Shown here: positions 43,305-53,534 of the stretch, piece by piece | How positions within the stretch are numbered: the first letter of the stretch is position 1 | Layout of the letters: each line of letters opens with the position of its first letter | Notes under the pieces: model-generated | The model's database searches: none | The model's input: the letters and a program-made list of their open reading frames with translations, nothing else | Told to the model about the DNA's origin: nothing | Translations under genes and position numbers: made by a program | Source of the DNA: a virus | Strand: one strand, 5' to 3' | DNA length: 64,000 bases | IMG/VR virus record: IMGVR_UViG_3300045988_159857 | Coordinates: 51,791-115,790 of that record

Positions 43305-43338
43305 AATATGTTTACAATTTAGTTAATTTTTGTGTTTT

Positions 43339-43362
43339 AGACAACTTCTACATAAGTTGTCT
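43339..43362 (-). other. leader hairpin followed by A-rich tract, between tandem promoters
   Basis: Stem AGACAACTT/AAGTTGTCT with loop ATGTAG. On the minus strand it is followed by AAAACACAAAAATTAACTAAA. Confidence 0.4.
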
Positions 43363-43397
43363 TAATAATATATATCTGACACATTACCTCTACATTT

Positions 43398-43431
43398 AAT
43401 ATATGATATTTTTTGGTAGTTCGTCAACTAA
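43398..43431 (-). promoter_or_regulatory. sigma-A-like promoter (distal, queD operon)
   Basis: TTAGTTGACG, 18 nt spacer, TATATT. Confidence 0.5.
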
Positions 43432-43483
43432 AAATTAGAATTTTTTGAAATAAAGTAGAAAAATAGGTAGTATTTAAAAAATA

Positions 43484-45157
43484 CTACCTTAATTCACAAA
43501 TATACTTCTTTAAAGACGCTATTGAATCTTTTGTTATTTCGTTATCTACAACAAATTCCGATAAAGCTTTTTTATCGGTTATTATACTTAAAACTTTTTC
43601 GTCAACTGTGTTTGTACATACTAGGTTATATATAAACACTGGATTTTTACTACCGATTCGATGTATTCTATCACAAGCTTGTTTAAACGCTCCGTCTGTC
43701 CAAGGGGTATCTATGAAAATCATATATCTAGCTCTATTTAATGTTAAACCGGTCCCACACTTTTGCCAAGTACCTATAAATACTTGATGTTCATTATCTT
43801 GTTGAAACATATCAATACTTGTAGATAATTCTACATCATCAGTTTCACCTGTTCCAATAACAGGATTATATTTTGATAACTTATCTTTCAATACATTTAC
43901 AGTATCCTTAAATGTGCTAAATATTACAACTTTTTCACCTGTTTTAACAAGTTGTTCAGTTAACTCACAAGCTCTTTCTATCTTAACAGAAGGAACATCA
44001 CTCGTTGTCAAAATTGAGGGACAAGCAGTAGCTTGTCTTAATCTTAATATGAGTGCTAAGGTGTCTGTGTAAGTTAACTTTACTTTATCTACCTCACTTT
44101 TAACTCCGTTAACTACATCTTCATAAAATTGTGTTTGTTTATCAGACATATCAACATATTCGGTAATAACGTTCTTTTCGGGTAAATCTAATAAATCTTT
44201 TTTTCTTCTTAAAGAAAATAATTGTAGTTGTTTTTTTATTATATCTAAATTATGATAACCTAAAAAATCATTACCAAATTTACCACCGTATATACAATAA
44301 TAATTTTTAAAATTAGTTAATGTAGATTTATCTATTCCTGCCCATTTGAAAGGTACATAAACATCTAAAGGGTCATTTAGCATTAAAGTACCTGTAGCCC
44401 CAACAAGATATTTAGCATCTGTTAATTTAAGTAAATTTTTACCTTGTTGTGAACTGTCAGACTTACACGTGTGAATTTCATCTACAACAATCATTTGATA
44501 ATTGTCTTGTTGTTTTTTAAGTTCTTTGATTATATTATCGTCTCTTAAAGCTTCTATATTAACGATTACAAAAAATTCTTTTATATCACTCTTAAGATGC
44601 TTTAATTTTTCTTTATTTCCTCCAAATCTTAAATTACCTTTACGTGTATTGTATTCCCCTAAAATGGTACTTGTTAAGTTAGAATGTTTATCAATTTCTT
44701 TTTTCCAATTTGTTTTAAGATTGTTTATTCCACAAACAATTAAACAATGTTTTAATTTATCTCTTTTTTTAAGTTCGTATGCTAAATATATTATTTGTAA
44801 TGTTTTCCCTAAACCAGGTTCGTCTAATAATAACCATTTATTATGGTTTAATCCATATTGTATTCCATCTAACTGATAAGGGTAAGGGTGTGTTTTGTAT
44901 TTTGATAACGTGTATACATTTTCTTCGTCAACAATGTAATCGTATAACTTAACATTTATATCATCTATAAAACATAATCTGTCAAGTAACTCACTTAGAT
45001 ATGTAACAGGTACTTCCCAAGTTTTTGTAACTTTTGAATAATTCTTGCAAGGTAGCGCTTTTATAATTTCGATTATTTCTTTATTATAGTCAAATGAAAC
45101 GAATAAGGAGGTTAAACCAGGTACCTTGGAGGTTAATTTTTCCTCTATACTAATCAT
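43484..45157 (-). CDS. SNF2-family helicase/translocase
   Basis: Motif I is LDEPGLGKTLQ and motif II is VVDEIHTCKS. The C-terminal helicase motif is GTGLTLNRARYMIFIDTPWTDGAFKQACDRIHRIGS. Confidence 0.85.
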   Translation of the reverse strand: MISIEEKLTSKVPGLTSLFVSFDYNKEIIEIIKALPCKNYSKVTKTWEVPVTYLSELLDRLCFIDDINVKLYDYIVDEENVYTLSKYKTHPYPYQLDGIQYGLNHNKWLLLDEPGLGKTLQIIYLAYELKKRDKLKHCLIVCGINNLKTNWKKEIDKHSNLTSTILGEYNTRKGNLRFGGNKEKLKHLKSDIKEFFVIVNIEALRDDNIIKELKKQQDNYQMIVVDEIHTCKSDSSQQGKNLLKLTDAKYLVGATGTLMLNDPLDVYVPFKWAGIDKSTLTNFKNYYCIYGGKFGNDFLGYHNLDIIKKQLQLFSLRRKKDLLDLPEKNVITEYVDMSDKQTQFYEDVVNGVKSEVDKVKLTYTDTLALILRLRQATACPSILTTSDVPSVKIERACELTEQLVKTGEKVVIFSTFKDTVNVLKDKLSKYNPVIGTGETDDVELSTSIDMFQQDNEHQVFIGTWQKCGTGLTLNRARYMIFIDTPWTDGAFKQACDRIHRIGSKNPVFIYNLVCTNTVDEKVLSIITDKKALSEFVVDNEITKDSIASLKKYICELR

Positions 45158-45422
45158 TATAAAACAAACTAACAGGTTTCAAAGACTCTTTTTTATCGTT
45201 TTCAACAATAAATGAAAACCTTGTTTTGACAGTAAACTCTTTCCCACAATTATCACAAATATATGTTTCAGTGTCTGTCATTTCAATACCTTCAAAACCT
45301 AGTATTTCTCCACTAACATTTCGAACAACATTTTTTGGTTGTCCTAAAAATTCTTTAGGCGTAAAAATCTCTCCTGGGAGGTACTGGTAACTACAATAAG
45401 GACAACTTATAGTCTTAAACAA
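45150..45422 (-). CDS. Zn-ribbon protein (paralog B)
   Basis: CPYCSYQY...CDNCGKEF. TTG start behind AAAGGGGA. Confidence 0.55.
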   Translation of the reverse strand: MFKTISCPYCSYQYLPGEIFTPKEFLGQPKNVVRNVSGEILGFEGIEMTDTETYICDNCGKEFTVKTRFSFIVENDKKESLKPVSLFYND

Positions 45423-45440
45423 ATTTATATCCCCTTTTAT

Positions 45441-45704
45441 CTATAAAGTGTTTACACAATTTGGAAAATCAACTTTCTCTAATTTTTTTGTGTTATATGT
45501 TGGGACAATAGTAACTTCAAATTGTTTGTTACAGTTATCACAGACATACTTTTCAACCATACTAGTAGTATCATTTATAACGTCGTGTATTTTACCCAGT
45601 TCGTCACGAGATACTAAATCAAATCTACCTATAACAGTATTTGGTAAAAATATTTCTGCTATATGATATTCATAGTTACAATAAGGACATTTTATATACT
45701 CCAT
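45441..45704 (-). CDS. Zn-ribbon protein (paralog A)
   Basis: CPYCNYEY...CDNCNKQF. Same architecture as the adjacent ORF. Confidence 0.55.
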   Translation of the reverse strand: MEYIKCPYCNYEYHIAEIFLPNTVIGRFDLVSRDELGKIHDVINDTTSMVEKYVCDNCNKQFEVTIVPTYNTKKLEKVDFPNCVNTL

Positions 45705-45741
45705 ACTAATTTCCTTTACATTTTTATGTGTGAAAAAAAAT

Positions 45742-45769
45742 AACCTGTGTGGATTTCTCTACACAGGTT
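45742..45769 (-). terminator. rho-independent terminator ending the structural operon
   Basis: Stem AACCTGTGT/ACACAGGTT, followed by ATTTTTTTT. Confidence 0.8.
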
Positions 45770-45792
45770 TATACAATTAAGGGTTTTGAAAA

Positions 45793-46272
45793 TCAATGTT
45801 TTCCGTCGATTTTGTCAATTTTTAAGGAAGAATTATCAAATTTTGTATAGGATTCAATCACAAGTTTCCACCCATCGGAGTCTTTTGACAACAACTTAAT
45901 ATAATATCCTTCAGTAGGTTCTGTTCCTAAAATATCAAGTACCGTAAAGTTGTTATTATCGTCCTGTCCTACGAGTTCGTTAGGTTCACCATCTAATTGA
46001 ATTCTTGCATATACACTATCTGTTGCATCTGCCGGAACAATTGATGTTTGGGGACTTATTTCAAAGTAATATCCTTTTATATTAAAACCTAAAGTTTCGG
46101 TAACTATACCACTTAAATCTACTTTACCCGAAACTATAAATCCTTGGACATCAATGAGTTGGTCAATTAACCTACTAACGTTCATTTCATAAAACAATCT
46201 ACTACCTAAGTCAGACGTTTGTCTAAATTTGGCAAAAGGAAATACTTTTATATTTGTAGAATTTATATTCAT
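45793..46272 (-). CDS. hypothetical distal-tail/fiber-associated protein
   Basis: Last gene of the baseplate operon. 159 aa. Confidence 0.5.
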   Translation of the reverse strand: MNINSTNIKVFPFAKFRQTSDLGSRLFYEMNVSRLIDQLIDVQGFIVSGKVDLSGIVTETLGFNIKGYYFEISPQTSIVPADATDSVYARIQLDGEPNELVGQDDNNNFTVLDILGTEPTEGYYIKLLSKDSDGWKLVIESYTKFDNSSLKIDKIDGKH

Positions 46273-46293
46273 TTACACTTCTCCTTGAATAAT

Positions 46294-46848
46294 TTAATTA
46301 TTTACAATATACATTGTCCAAGTAATTATTGCATCTTGACCAGCTTTTAAAGCGTCATACATAAGTTGTAAGTTACTGTTCATTTCACCGTTTATGGAAG
46401 AGTCTCCTAACGTTGCTAAACATTGTCTTTGTGTATTATTATCCCACATTGAAAATCTTAAAAGTTTATTTGTAGTTGAAAAACTTTTTATATTACTACT
46501 TTGTAATGTCGATACAAATTTAACTTTACCTATCATACCAGTTGGGTCTCCGTCCTCTACTAAGGGGTCTCCGTTATTGCCAGTTAACGGATAGTATGTG
46601 GCACCAGTTAACGGAACACTTGTCCTAACTAACGAACGCCAAATACCTTGACCTTCAGAAACTTCGAAATCAAACCATTTAGGAATATCTGAACGATTAA
46701 AATATCCTGCAAGGATTTTTGAAAACAGTAACCCAAGATAAACTGTTCCGTTGTTAAACATTGTTAAAGGAAAATGTTTATCTTTTTGTGATATGTCTAT
46801 TTTAACAACACCCTTATATGAAATTGAATTACTTGAAATGGTGTCCAC
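46294..46848 (-). CDS. hypothetical distal-tail/fiber-associated protein
   Basis: 184 aa. Follows the gpI-like gene. Confidence 0.5.
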   Translation of the reverse strand: MDTISSNSISYKGVVKIDISQKDKHFPLTMFNNGTVYLGLLFSKILAGYFNRSDIPKWFDFEVSEGQGIWRSLVRTSVPLTGATYYPLTGNNGDPLVEDGDPTGMIGKVKFVSTLQSSNIKSFSTTNKLLRFSMWDNNTQRQCLATLGDSSINGEMNSNLQLMYDALKAGQDAIITWTMYIVNN

Positions 46849-46865
46849 TATATACTCTCCTTATT

Positions 46866-47780
46866 TTATTTAGTTTCGGTTTCAATTTCGTGTGAAACGA
46901 TTTTTGAACCTTTTGTATTTTCTTTTACATTATTTAATTGTTTTGTTTGTTTACCTGAAACAAATGTTGTGTCAACTCTACCTAACATATCAGGATAGTC
47001 TATACTGTCTTTTGACGGTCTTAAACCACTTGAAACTAAACTAAATGTTTCACGAGATTCTGGTGTTGGATAATAAACATCAACTTTATCCGTAGAGCTA
47101 ATTGTGGTTATTGTATTACCACCGACTTTATAACTAAACCTTATTTTATATCCAGCTGGAATTACATATCTAAGTATTTCAGTTAATATCGTTGTGTCTG
47201 TAAGTTTACCCTTAACAGAAATGTCTACTATATAACTTTCATCATCCAAATAACCGTTTTGTTTAAAGTTTATTTTATTAGTTTTATTTGAATCATAGTA
47301 AAATGTAGTTTCATTAGTACCCCAATTATCCGGTGCATAATAACTTGTAATCATTTTACCATTACTGTCATAATATTTGTAAGATTCATAAATAGGAGTA
47401 GTCCCATAAGTTTTATTAGTAATATTAACATCAGAATCAACATCAAGTCCCATTATCTTCAAATATACTTGAACAGCGTATTGAATACCTGTTAATGAAC
47501 CTTTGTTATGTACAATCAGTGGAAAAGCTTTAAGTATTAACCTTAAGTCTTCTCCTTGAATTTTCGCGTTTGTAAAAAATCCTAACTTAGTTTGTAGTAA
47601 CGGTAAAAGTCGTTCGTTACACTGCGACGTGTCTGTTACATCTCGTATAGAGTCAATGTCATACTTTAACTGTCCAAACAAACAATCAAATATTGCACAG
47701 AACAATTGAAAGTCTCTAGACTTTCGACTGTACACATCGGGAGTGTGCTCTGATAATCTAAACTGTTTCATTGACATCAC
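46866..47780 (-). CDS. baseplate/tail protein, P2 gpI / XkdU-like
   Basis: Called from position directly after the J-like gene. The N-terminus LSEHTPDVYSRKSRDFQLFCAIFD...LLPLLQTKLG is typical of gpI-like proteins. Confidence 0.5.
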   Translation of the reverse strand: MMSMKQFRLSEHTPDVYSRKSRDFQLFCAIFDCLFGQLKYDIDSIRDVTDTSQCNERLLPLLQTKLGFFTNAKIQGEDLRLILKAFPLIVHNKGSLTGIQYAVQVYLKIMGLDVDSDVNITNKTYGTTPIYESYKYYDSNGKMITSYYAPDNWGTNETTFYYDSNKTNKINFKQNGYLDDESYIVDISVKGKLTDTTILTEILRYVIPAGYKIRFSYKVGGNTITTISSTDKVDVYYPTPESRETFSLVSSGLRPSKDSIDYPDMLGRVDTTFVSGKQTKQLNNVKENTKGSKIVSHEIETETK

Positions 47781-50700
47781 CTATTGTTTACAATTGAAAT
47801 TATTGAGTTAGTTTTTGAATCTCTTTCCACCGGAGGTTTAAGTACTGCTTCGGCTAACGCATACTTACTAAAAATATGGTTTTCATCGAAAAATGTTTTA
47901 CCGAGTATAGGGTCTTCTATCTTCGATGTTTCCGGTATATTGTAATTATATTTGAATTTGTCGTGTCCCTTATATGATTGCATATCTTCTAAAATAGTGT
48001 CAACCGACAACCCATAATTTTGTTCAAAAATTTTATTGTCTTGATATTTTAATAAATCATCAAATAAAATAAACCCTGTTTCATCAACACTATCTGTTGT
48101 TATAATCATTGTTAAATTTGTTAAATCGTTACAGTGAATTTTGTAATACCAAGGATGTTCGGAACCTAAAAATTCGTTTTCATTACCGTTAAGTAACTCA
48201 GAAACAACGGTGTTACCATGTTTGATTTGTAATTTAAAACGAACACCTTTACTGTTGTTATTCACACCTAACAAATAATCAAAATCACTTTGTAACGAAA
48301 TACCTGTTACAGGATGTTCCCCAGTAGTTGTTGTTGATAACGACACTTGATTATTGTAATAAGCGTAACCGTTAGTTAAGAATTGTTTATTTTTTTCATA
48401 AATTAAAACTTCTAAGGATTTTCTTATTCCGTCAATTGTCACATAACTTACGTCAACATTTTCTCCTCCTGTTCTTGTTAAAGGTGTGTTTGTCAACATA
48501 TATATTAAACTATCACCTTTTAACTTTTCGTTATCAGGATATTGTGTACCTAATATTTCAAATATTTGAATTGACTTTCGGGTCATTTTAGTACCGTCAT
48601 TGTTTAACCAGTAATTGTCAATTATTTGTGGTTCGGTACTAGAGCTATCTATATTAAGAATAGCAGTACCTTTCCAAATTGTCTCATCACTTTGAATTTG
48701 AATACCCGGTAATTCTGTATACGTTGAACCGTTAGTTGAGTAACTAATTTTAAAATCGTTAACAAGTGTTTCTGTTCCTGTAGAAAAGACCGGGAAGTTA
48801 GTATACTTTTTCGATGTATACTCCTTATCCAACTCTATTCTTACGGTGTCTCCCGAAGTAAAATTGTAAAGTTGTTGTTCTCTTAACAAGCAATTGTAAG
48901 GTAAAAGTTTACAAACATTTTCAAATACTGCAATTCCTTGTGTAGCTATTAAGTTATAGTCAACAGAAACAACTTCCTGCGTTAGTGTTGTTTCACCATT
49001 ATCTTCTCCTGTAAATCTTATAAGTGTACCTTGTCCAAGTATTTCATATTCGGTTTTATCTAAATTAGTATAAATAAAGTACTCGTCAGTTTTAAGTACA
49101 TACTCGTACACAGCCGTATTGTTGTTTGTAGACTTTTTATTTAATACCATTCTAAAGTATTTGGTACCTGTTGGATTAGTATAAACATCATTTGTAACAA
49201 AATATATATAGTTATCATTTTGTTTGATGTTTGTCTCGTTTATTCCTCTAATATCAATTGTTTGTGTACCAGATAAAGCATATCTACCAGTCATACTATA
49301 GACTTTTGAGTAAGCCGAGTCATTTGCCGAGTTATAAGGGATATATCCAGTATTAGATAATGCGTTTACATTTATTTTACTTGTTGTAGCTGGTATCGAG
49401 TTTAATGTAAATGAAGCCCTTATTATAGGACTGTCATTTTCAGAAGAACCTTTATAACATTCATATGTGTAAGGAGCTGTCGAACTATTATCTTCCGTCC
49501 AGAATAATGTTAAAGAGTCACCTTCAGATAGCTTATAATCAGTATTTGCGGGTACCGATAAAACATACGTTTCCCAAAATACTCCAACATTATTTTGCTG
49601 CCAAGCTTGTAAGAATGTTAATCCTTTGTTATTTGAAGGATTGATAGTAAAATCTACCTTTCTTGTTAACTCAGCATCATAATAGAAGTCACCTGTTCCC
49701 CAAGGATTTTGAGCACCTGGGGTATCAGGGTCTCCTGGATAACTGTCGACTAAACTACCATTGTTTGAATAATAAACATTGTCTTGGTAAACAGGTACTA
49801 AATACTGTTTATCTAATAAATTAAATCCAGTTTTAGAGTTATATAATGTAACATATTGATAATCATAATCTTCTGTGAATAGTTGTGTATAATAAGCAGG
49901 GTTAGACTGATAATCTTGCCAACTTAAGGATACTTTTTGTACAGTGTCACTGTCAGTTTTTTGTTTTATGAATTGATAAGTTACATAGTTTGAAAAGTTT
50001 CTTTTAGTTACAAAAGATGGTGCTAAGAATTGTAAAGTTTCGTTGTCTTTAAGTGTGTATTCTGCTGCTGTTTCCGTGTTATTCTCAGGCAACTGTTTTG
50101 GAACCCAACTGTTTGTGTTGTCATCGTGTACTAAACCGAAAGGACTAATTGTTAACTTTGTAGTCATTCTGTCAACGTCTTTCGTTTGTTCAATAACTTG
50201 TTGGTCTATTGTATAATTAAAAATTACTTCCTGTTCAAACAAGGGGGTAACACCAGCCAAGACACTTTTTATTATTATCTGTTCCCTGAAATTATCAACT
50301 TCACCTTCTACCGAATACGGTTCGAAAGTTTTGGTTGTTTTGTTGTATTTGTAAACACTATTTGGTTTACGTATATCCCCTTGTAAATAGTTACCTACAA
50401 AAGATAACTTCTCAGGACCGTTTATTGAGTTAACTTTATTATCGAAATCTTTTAACATTCCACTATATGTATTCGCGTCACTATAATAGATATATGGGTC
50501 AGAGTTATAATTACATAAAGGAATGTTTTTGAATTGTGTTCCCGTCCAATATGTTGCATATGTCGTATAATTAAAATCATCAAGTATTACTAATTTAATT
50601 CGCTCGTCCGCATTAGTTATTGTGTCATATATAACATCATAAGAGGGCTCTTGTCCGAATTCCACTTCGTGGGAATTAAGCGAGGAGAGTAATGCAGATA

Positions 50701-52123
50701 TTATGTTAACCTTAACAGAATCTTGCTGCATATCTGTTAATTTATACTGTGGTACTATTTTTATTCGCAATGGATAAGCAATTCTAAATAAACACGGACT
50801 TCCTTTTTCAATATCTTTGAAATCGTGAGTAATACATTTAGTTTGCTGAAGAGTTAATTTTACACTTTGAGTGGTAGAACTTTGTGACGGTATCATGTTA
50901 AATGTAGCTTCATAATCATCAAGTGTTCCTATATCTCCACCATTTTGTAAAAGATATAACTTCAAATCAAATGCTAACATATTTGGTTCATTGTTTTCAT
51001 TCTTTGTAACGACAGTGGTATGTGTGCCAGCTCCAGCTTTATCAGTAACAATAGAATATGAACATTGTAAATCGTTGTTCCTGTCAGAAACTACAACATT
51101 TGATACTAAACCTTGTGTATATATAGCGTCTATATAGTCTCTTAATGTTACTAAGGTTTCAAATGTTCCGGCATACTTTTTATAACTTTTATAAGCTTCA
51201 CTAATTTCTTGTGGGTCGTCACCGTTTTTTGTTGCGGAGGAATTATATAAAACGACAGAATCTGAATTAAGTGTTATTGTATCTGTACCAACTTTTATTG
51301 ACGTTTCCTCATAAAAAGAAGTTAACATCTTAGCAGAAACATTACCTTCTCTACCGTCACTCAACATATACTTAATATTTAAACCATCTTTTATTAACGA
51401 TTCAATGTCATTGGGAAACTCGATATAACAATTATTTGTCCTACCGTCTACCCCGAACTCGTAGTATGTATTTCCCCGTGTTTGAACAGCGAGGTTATTA
51501 ACCCTCGTCCAAGGGTTATATTCTCCAACATTTGTAATGAATATTCCGTTTTCGGCTACTGAGTAATCATCTAGATATAACCTATTGTTATGGTCAAGAT
51601 TAACTAATGATATTGTTGATTCTCCGTTAACCTCAACAGTTGTAACTATACCTTGTATAGCATTTACCATTGTTGTTAGAGAATCAGGTGTAAAATATAC
51701 ATCATTAACTAATGTATATATAAATTTACTGTCACTATCACAAACCATGGTGTACATAGGAATATGAACTTGTTCTCCAGCTGTCAAGTCCCTACCTACC
51801 CATTTAAGTGTAATTTCAGTTGTAGCTGAACGATACCAGGGCATTTCATAAGACAACTGATGATACATCGTTCTCGCTGAAACTTCTTGAGTTAAAGTTT
51901 CTGGAAAAACTTCAAGAACATTTTTATCTATGTTATAATTGTTTTTATCAGCAATTATTGCATTTAACTTTAACAGTATAACACCTGGGTCTGACTCGTT
52001 TGAAATACTCGGGTCCCATTTATATGTTAACTTTTTAACTAAGTCTAATAATTCAGGGTAAATATCCCTAAAATCCTTGTTTGTGTAACTTATGGCACTT
52101 AAAGGATTGTTAATATCAGGCAT
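47777..52123 (-). CDS. giant baseplate J-like (gp6/gpJ/XkdT-like) protein with a roughly 1000-aa extension
   Basis: The N-terminus YTNKDFRDIYPELLDLVKKLTYKWDPSISNESDPGVILLKLNAIIADK matches the Baseplate_J N-terminal pattern. 1448 aa. Confidence 0.65.
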   Translation of the reverse strand: MPDINNPLSAISYTNKDFRDIYPELLDLVKKLTYKWDPSISNESDPGVILLKLNAIIADKNNYNIDKNVLEVFPETLTQEVSARTMYHQLSYEMPWYRSATTEITLKWVGRDLTAGEQVHIPMYTMVCDSDSKFIYTLVNDVYFTPDSLTTMVNAIQGIVTTVEVNGESTISLVNLDHNNRLYLDDYSVAENGIFITNVGEYNPWTRVNNLAVQTRGNTYYEFGVDGRTNNCYIEFPNDIESLIKDGLNIKYMLSDGREGNVSAKMLTSFYEETSIKVGTDTITLNSDSVVLYNSSATKNGDDPQEISEAYKSYKKYAGTFETLVTLRDYIDAIYTQGLVSNVVVSDRNNDLQCSYSIVTDKAGAGTHTTVVTKNENNEPNMLAFDLKLYLLQNGGDIGTLDDYEATFNMIPSQSSTTQSVKLTLQQTKCITHDFKDIEKGSPCLFRIAYPLRIKIVPQYKLTDMQQDSVKVNIISALLSSLNSHEVEFGQEPSYDVIYDTITNADERIKLVILDDFNYTTYATYWTGTQFKNIPLCNYNSDPYIYYSDANTYSGMLKDFDNKVNSINGPEKLSFVGNYLQGDIRKPNSVYKYNKTTKTFEPYSVEGEVDNFREQIIIKSVLAGVTPLFEQEVIFNYTIDQQVIEQTKDVDRMTTKLTISPFGLVHDDNTNSWVPKQLPENNTETAAEYTLKDNETLQFLAPSFVTKRNFSNYVTYQFIKQKTDSDTVQKVSLSWQDYQSNPAYYTQLFTEDYDYQYVTLYNSKTGFNLLDKQYLVPVYQDNVYYSNNGSLVDSYPGDPDTPGAQNPWGTGDFYYDAELTRKVDFTINPSNNKGLTFLQAWQQNNVGVFWETYVLSVPANTDYKLSEGDSLTLFWTEDNSSTAPYTYECYKGSSENDSPIIRASFTLNSIPATTSKINVNALSNTGYIPYNSANDSAYSKVYSMTGRYALSGTQTIDIRGINETNIKQNDNYIYFVTNDVYTNPTGTKYFRMVLNKKSTNNNTAVYEYVLKTDEYFIYTNLDKTEYEILGQGTLIRFTGEDNGETTLTQEVVSVDYNLIATQGIAVFENVCKLLPYNCLLREQQLYNFTSGDTVRIELDKEYTSKKYTNFPVFSTGTETLVNDFKISYSTNGSTYTELPGIQIQSDETIWKGTAILNIDSSSTEPQIIDNYWLNNDGTKMTRKSIQIFEILGTQYPDNEKLKGDSLIYMLTNTPLTRTGGENVDVSYVTIDGIRKSLEVLIYEKNKQFLTNGYAYYNNQVSLSTTTTGEHPVTGISLQSDFDYLLGVNNNSKGVRFKLQIKHGNTVVSELLNGNENEFLGSEHPWYYKIHCNDLTNLTMIITTDSVDETGFILFDDLLKYQDNKIFEQNYGLSVDTILEDMQSYKGHDKFKYNYNIPETSKIEDPILGKTFFDENHIFSKYALAEAVLKPPVERDSKTNSIISIVNNR

Positions 52124-52134
52124 AAATCATCCTC

Positions 52135-52503
52135 CTACTGTTCATCCTCGGTTAAGTTTATCGTGTATAAATTAACCTCATTATTCAATTTATTTATACA
52201 GTTTATGGTGCAAAAAACCTGATTGTTTTTAAGTGTAATACTTATATCGTTACGTTTTACAAATACTTGTGGCATAAAGTCTTGAATTGAAACGTATATG
52301 TCATCAATTATTATTTCTCTAAGAATTATATTATTTTGTTCAAATATGAGCCTTTTAACATTAGTTCCGAAATAGGGGTCGCCAAACAATGAAGTTTTCC
52401 AGCTTGCCAACATAAGTCGTAGATTTGATAAGGTAGCTTTATTATCTTTTATTAGATTTGTTTTGGCACTACTTAACATATTTGGAAAATCAATTGAATA
52501 CAT
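52135..52503 (-). CDS. baseplate wedge protein gp25/gpW-like
   Basis: 122 aa. LFGDPYFGTNVKRLIFEQNN resembles the GPW_gp25 core. Lies upstream of the J-like gene. Confidence 0.65.
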   Translation of the reverse strand: MYSIDFPNMLSSAKTNLIKDNKATLSNLRLMLASWKTSLFGDPYFGTNVKRLIFEQNNIILREIIIDDIYVSIQDFMPQVFVKRNDISITLKNNQVFCTINCINKLNNEVNLYTINLTEDEQ

Positions 52504-52514
52504 TATATTGCTCC

Positions 52515-53534
52515 TTATTCTTTGTTTACATATATTTCATTCCAGATACCGTTGGTATACAATAAAGGTACTCCCCTTTTCCACACACCTTGTGTGTATA
52601 CGAAAGGTATACCTTGTCGTCTTTGTCCATTAACTGTCGTATATATACAAGGAATACTTGCGATGAGGTCAGCAACCGATAAAACTCCTCTATATGTATT
52701 TCCGTCATTATTTAACTGATAGGGACAAATAGCTACATTACCTGCTTCGTGTGGTTTGGTTATAATTATATCAAAATCTAAACCAACTTGTACATAACCA
52801 CTATAGTCAGAATCACTTACCCCGTTACTATCCCATTTATAATAAACAATACTTCCTGTTGTTGTACCACTTACACCATTACTTTTACCAATTACTCTTA
52901 TTTGTGTTTTAGATAATTGTGTAATTGATGATATATTAGCAGGGTTGTCTCCAGGATTGACAAGTGTAGTAGCGCCTGGGTTTGAAAGAAATCCTAGTAC
53001 AGTACCACGGTATCCCCAGTTCTTTCCTCTCGATACATTTGGGACAGTATTATTACACCAACCGGTGTTAGCCGTATTACGAACTGTCCACTTAGGAGTT
53101 GTATAACCGGACTCAATTATTGTAATTGTGTTGTTATCAATAACGTCCGAAATGTACGCAACGTGGTTAGCACTACCTCCCCAAAAAACAAGTCCTCCCA
53201 AGGGTGGGTAGGCACCTGGAGGTAATACATAAGGACTTAATCTTTTATCTTTTTTGGCGTTGTTAAGTATATTCTTAGCGTCACCCCTAACAAAAGTAAA
53301 TCCTCGCCAGGTGTCTGGTTGTCCCTTTGACCATGTTTCATTATAGGCTCCCCAAGCAAAACCTACACAGTTACAAAGAACATTCGCTCCGTTTCTTGTA
53401 GGTTTACCGTTTATACATCCTGAAATACCTCCGGCGTGACTATTGTTGTAAAAACGATTGTGGTCAACAACAAATCCATTTTTACGGATACTACCTTGAA
53501 ATTCTTCACTTGTTAAATTTACGTTAACTGGCAT
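52515..53534 (-). CDS. tail-associated CHAP-domain peptidoglycan hydrolase
   Basis: Cys motif is LCNCVGFAWGAY and His motif is ANHVAYISDV, followed by IIESGY. The C-terminus carries aromatic-Gly-Trp repeats. Confidence 0.6.
   Translation of the reverse strand: MPVNVNLTSEEFQGSIRKNGFVVDHNRFYNNSHAGGISGCINGKPTRNGANVLCNCVGFAWGAYNETWSKGQPDTWRGFTFVRGDAKNILNNAKKDKRLSPYVLPPGAYPPLGGLVFWGGSANHVAYISDVIDNNTITIIESGYTTPKWTVRNTANTGWCNNTVPNVSRGKNWGYRGTVLGFLSNPGATTLVNPGDNPANISSITQLSKTQIRVIGKSNGVSGTTTGSIVYYKWDSNGVSDSDYSGYVQVGLDFDIIITKPHEAGNVAICPYQLNNDGNTYRGVLSVADLIASIPCIYTTVNGQRRQGIPFVYTQGVWKRGVPLLYTNGIWNEIYVNKE

Noticed and set aside
44502-44876. A 124-aa plus-strand ORF, and all other plus-strand ORFs in the track (for example 720..959, 4377..4637, 12721..12996, 32693..32998, 59199..59528).
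   Set aside because: Each lies entirely inside a well-supported minus-strand gene and lacks an RBS. Each has the L/F/S/I-rich composition typical of antisense shadow frames in AT-rich DNA.
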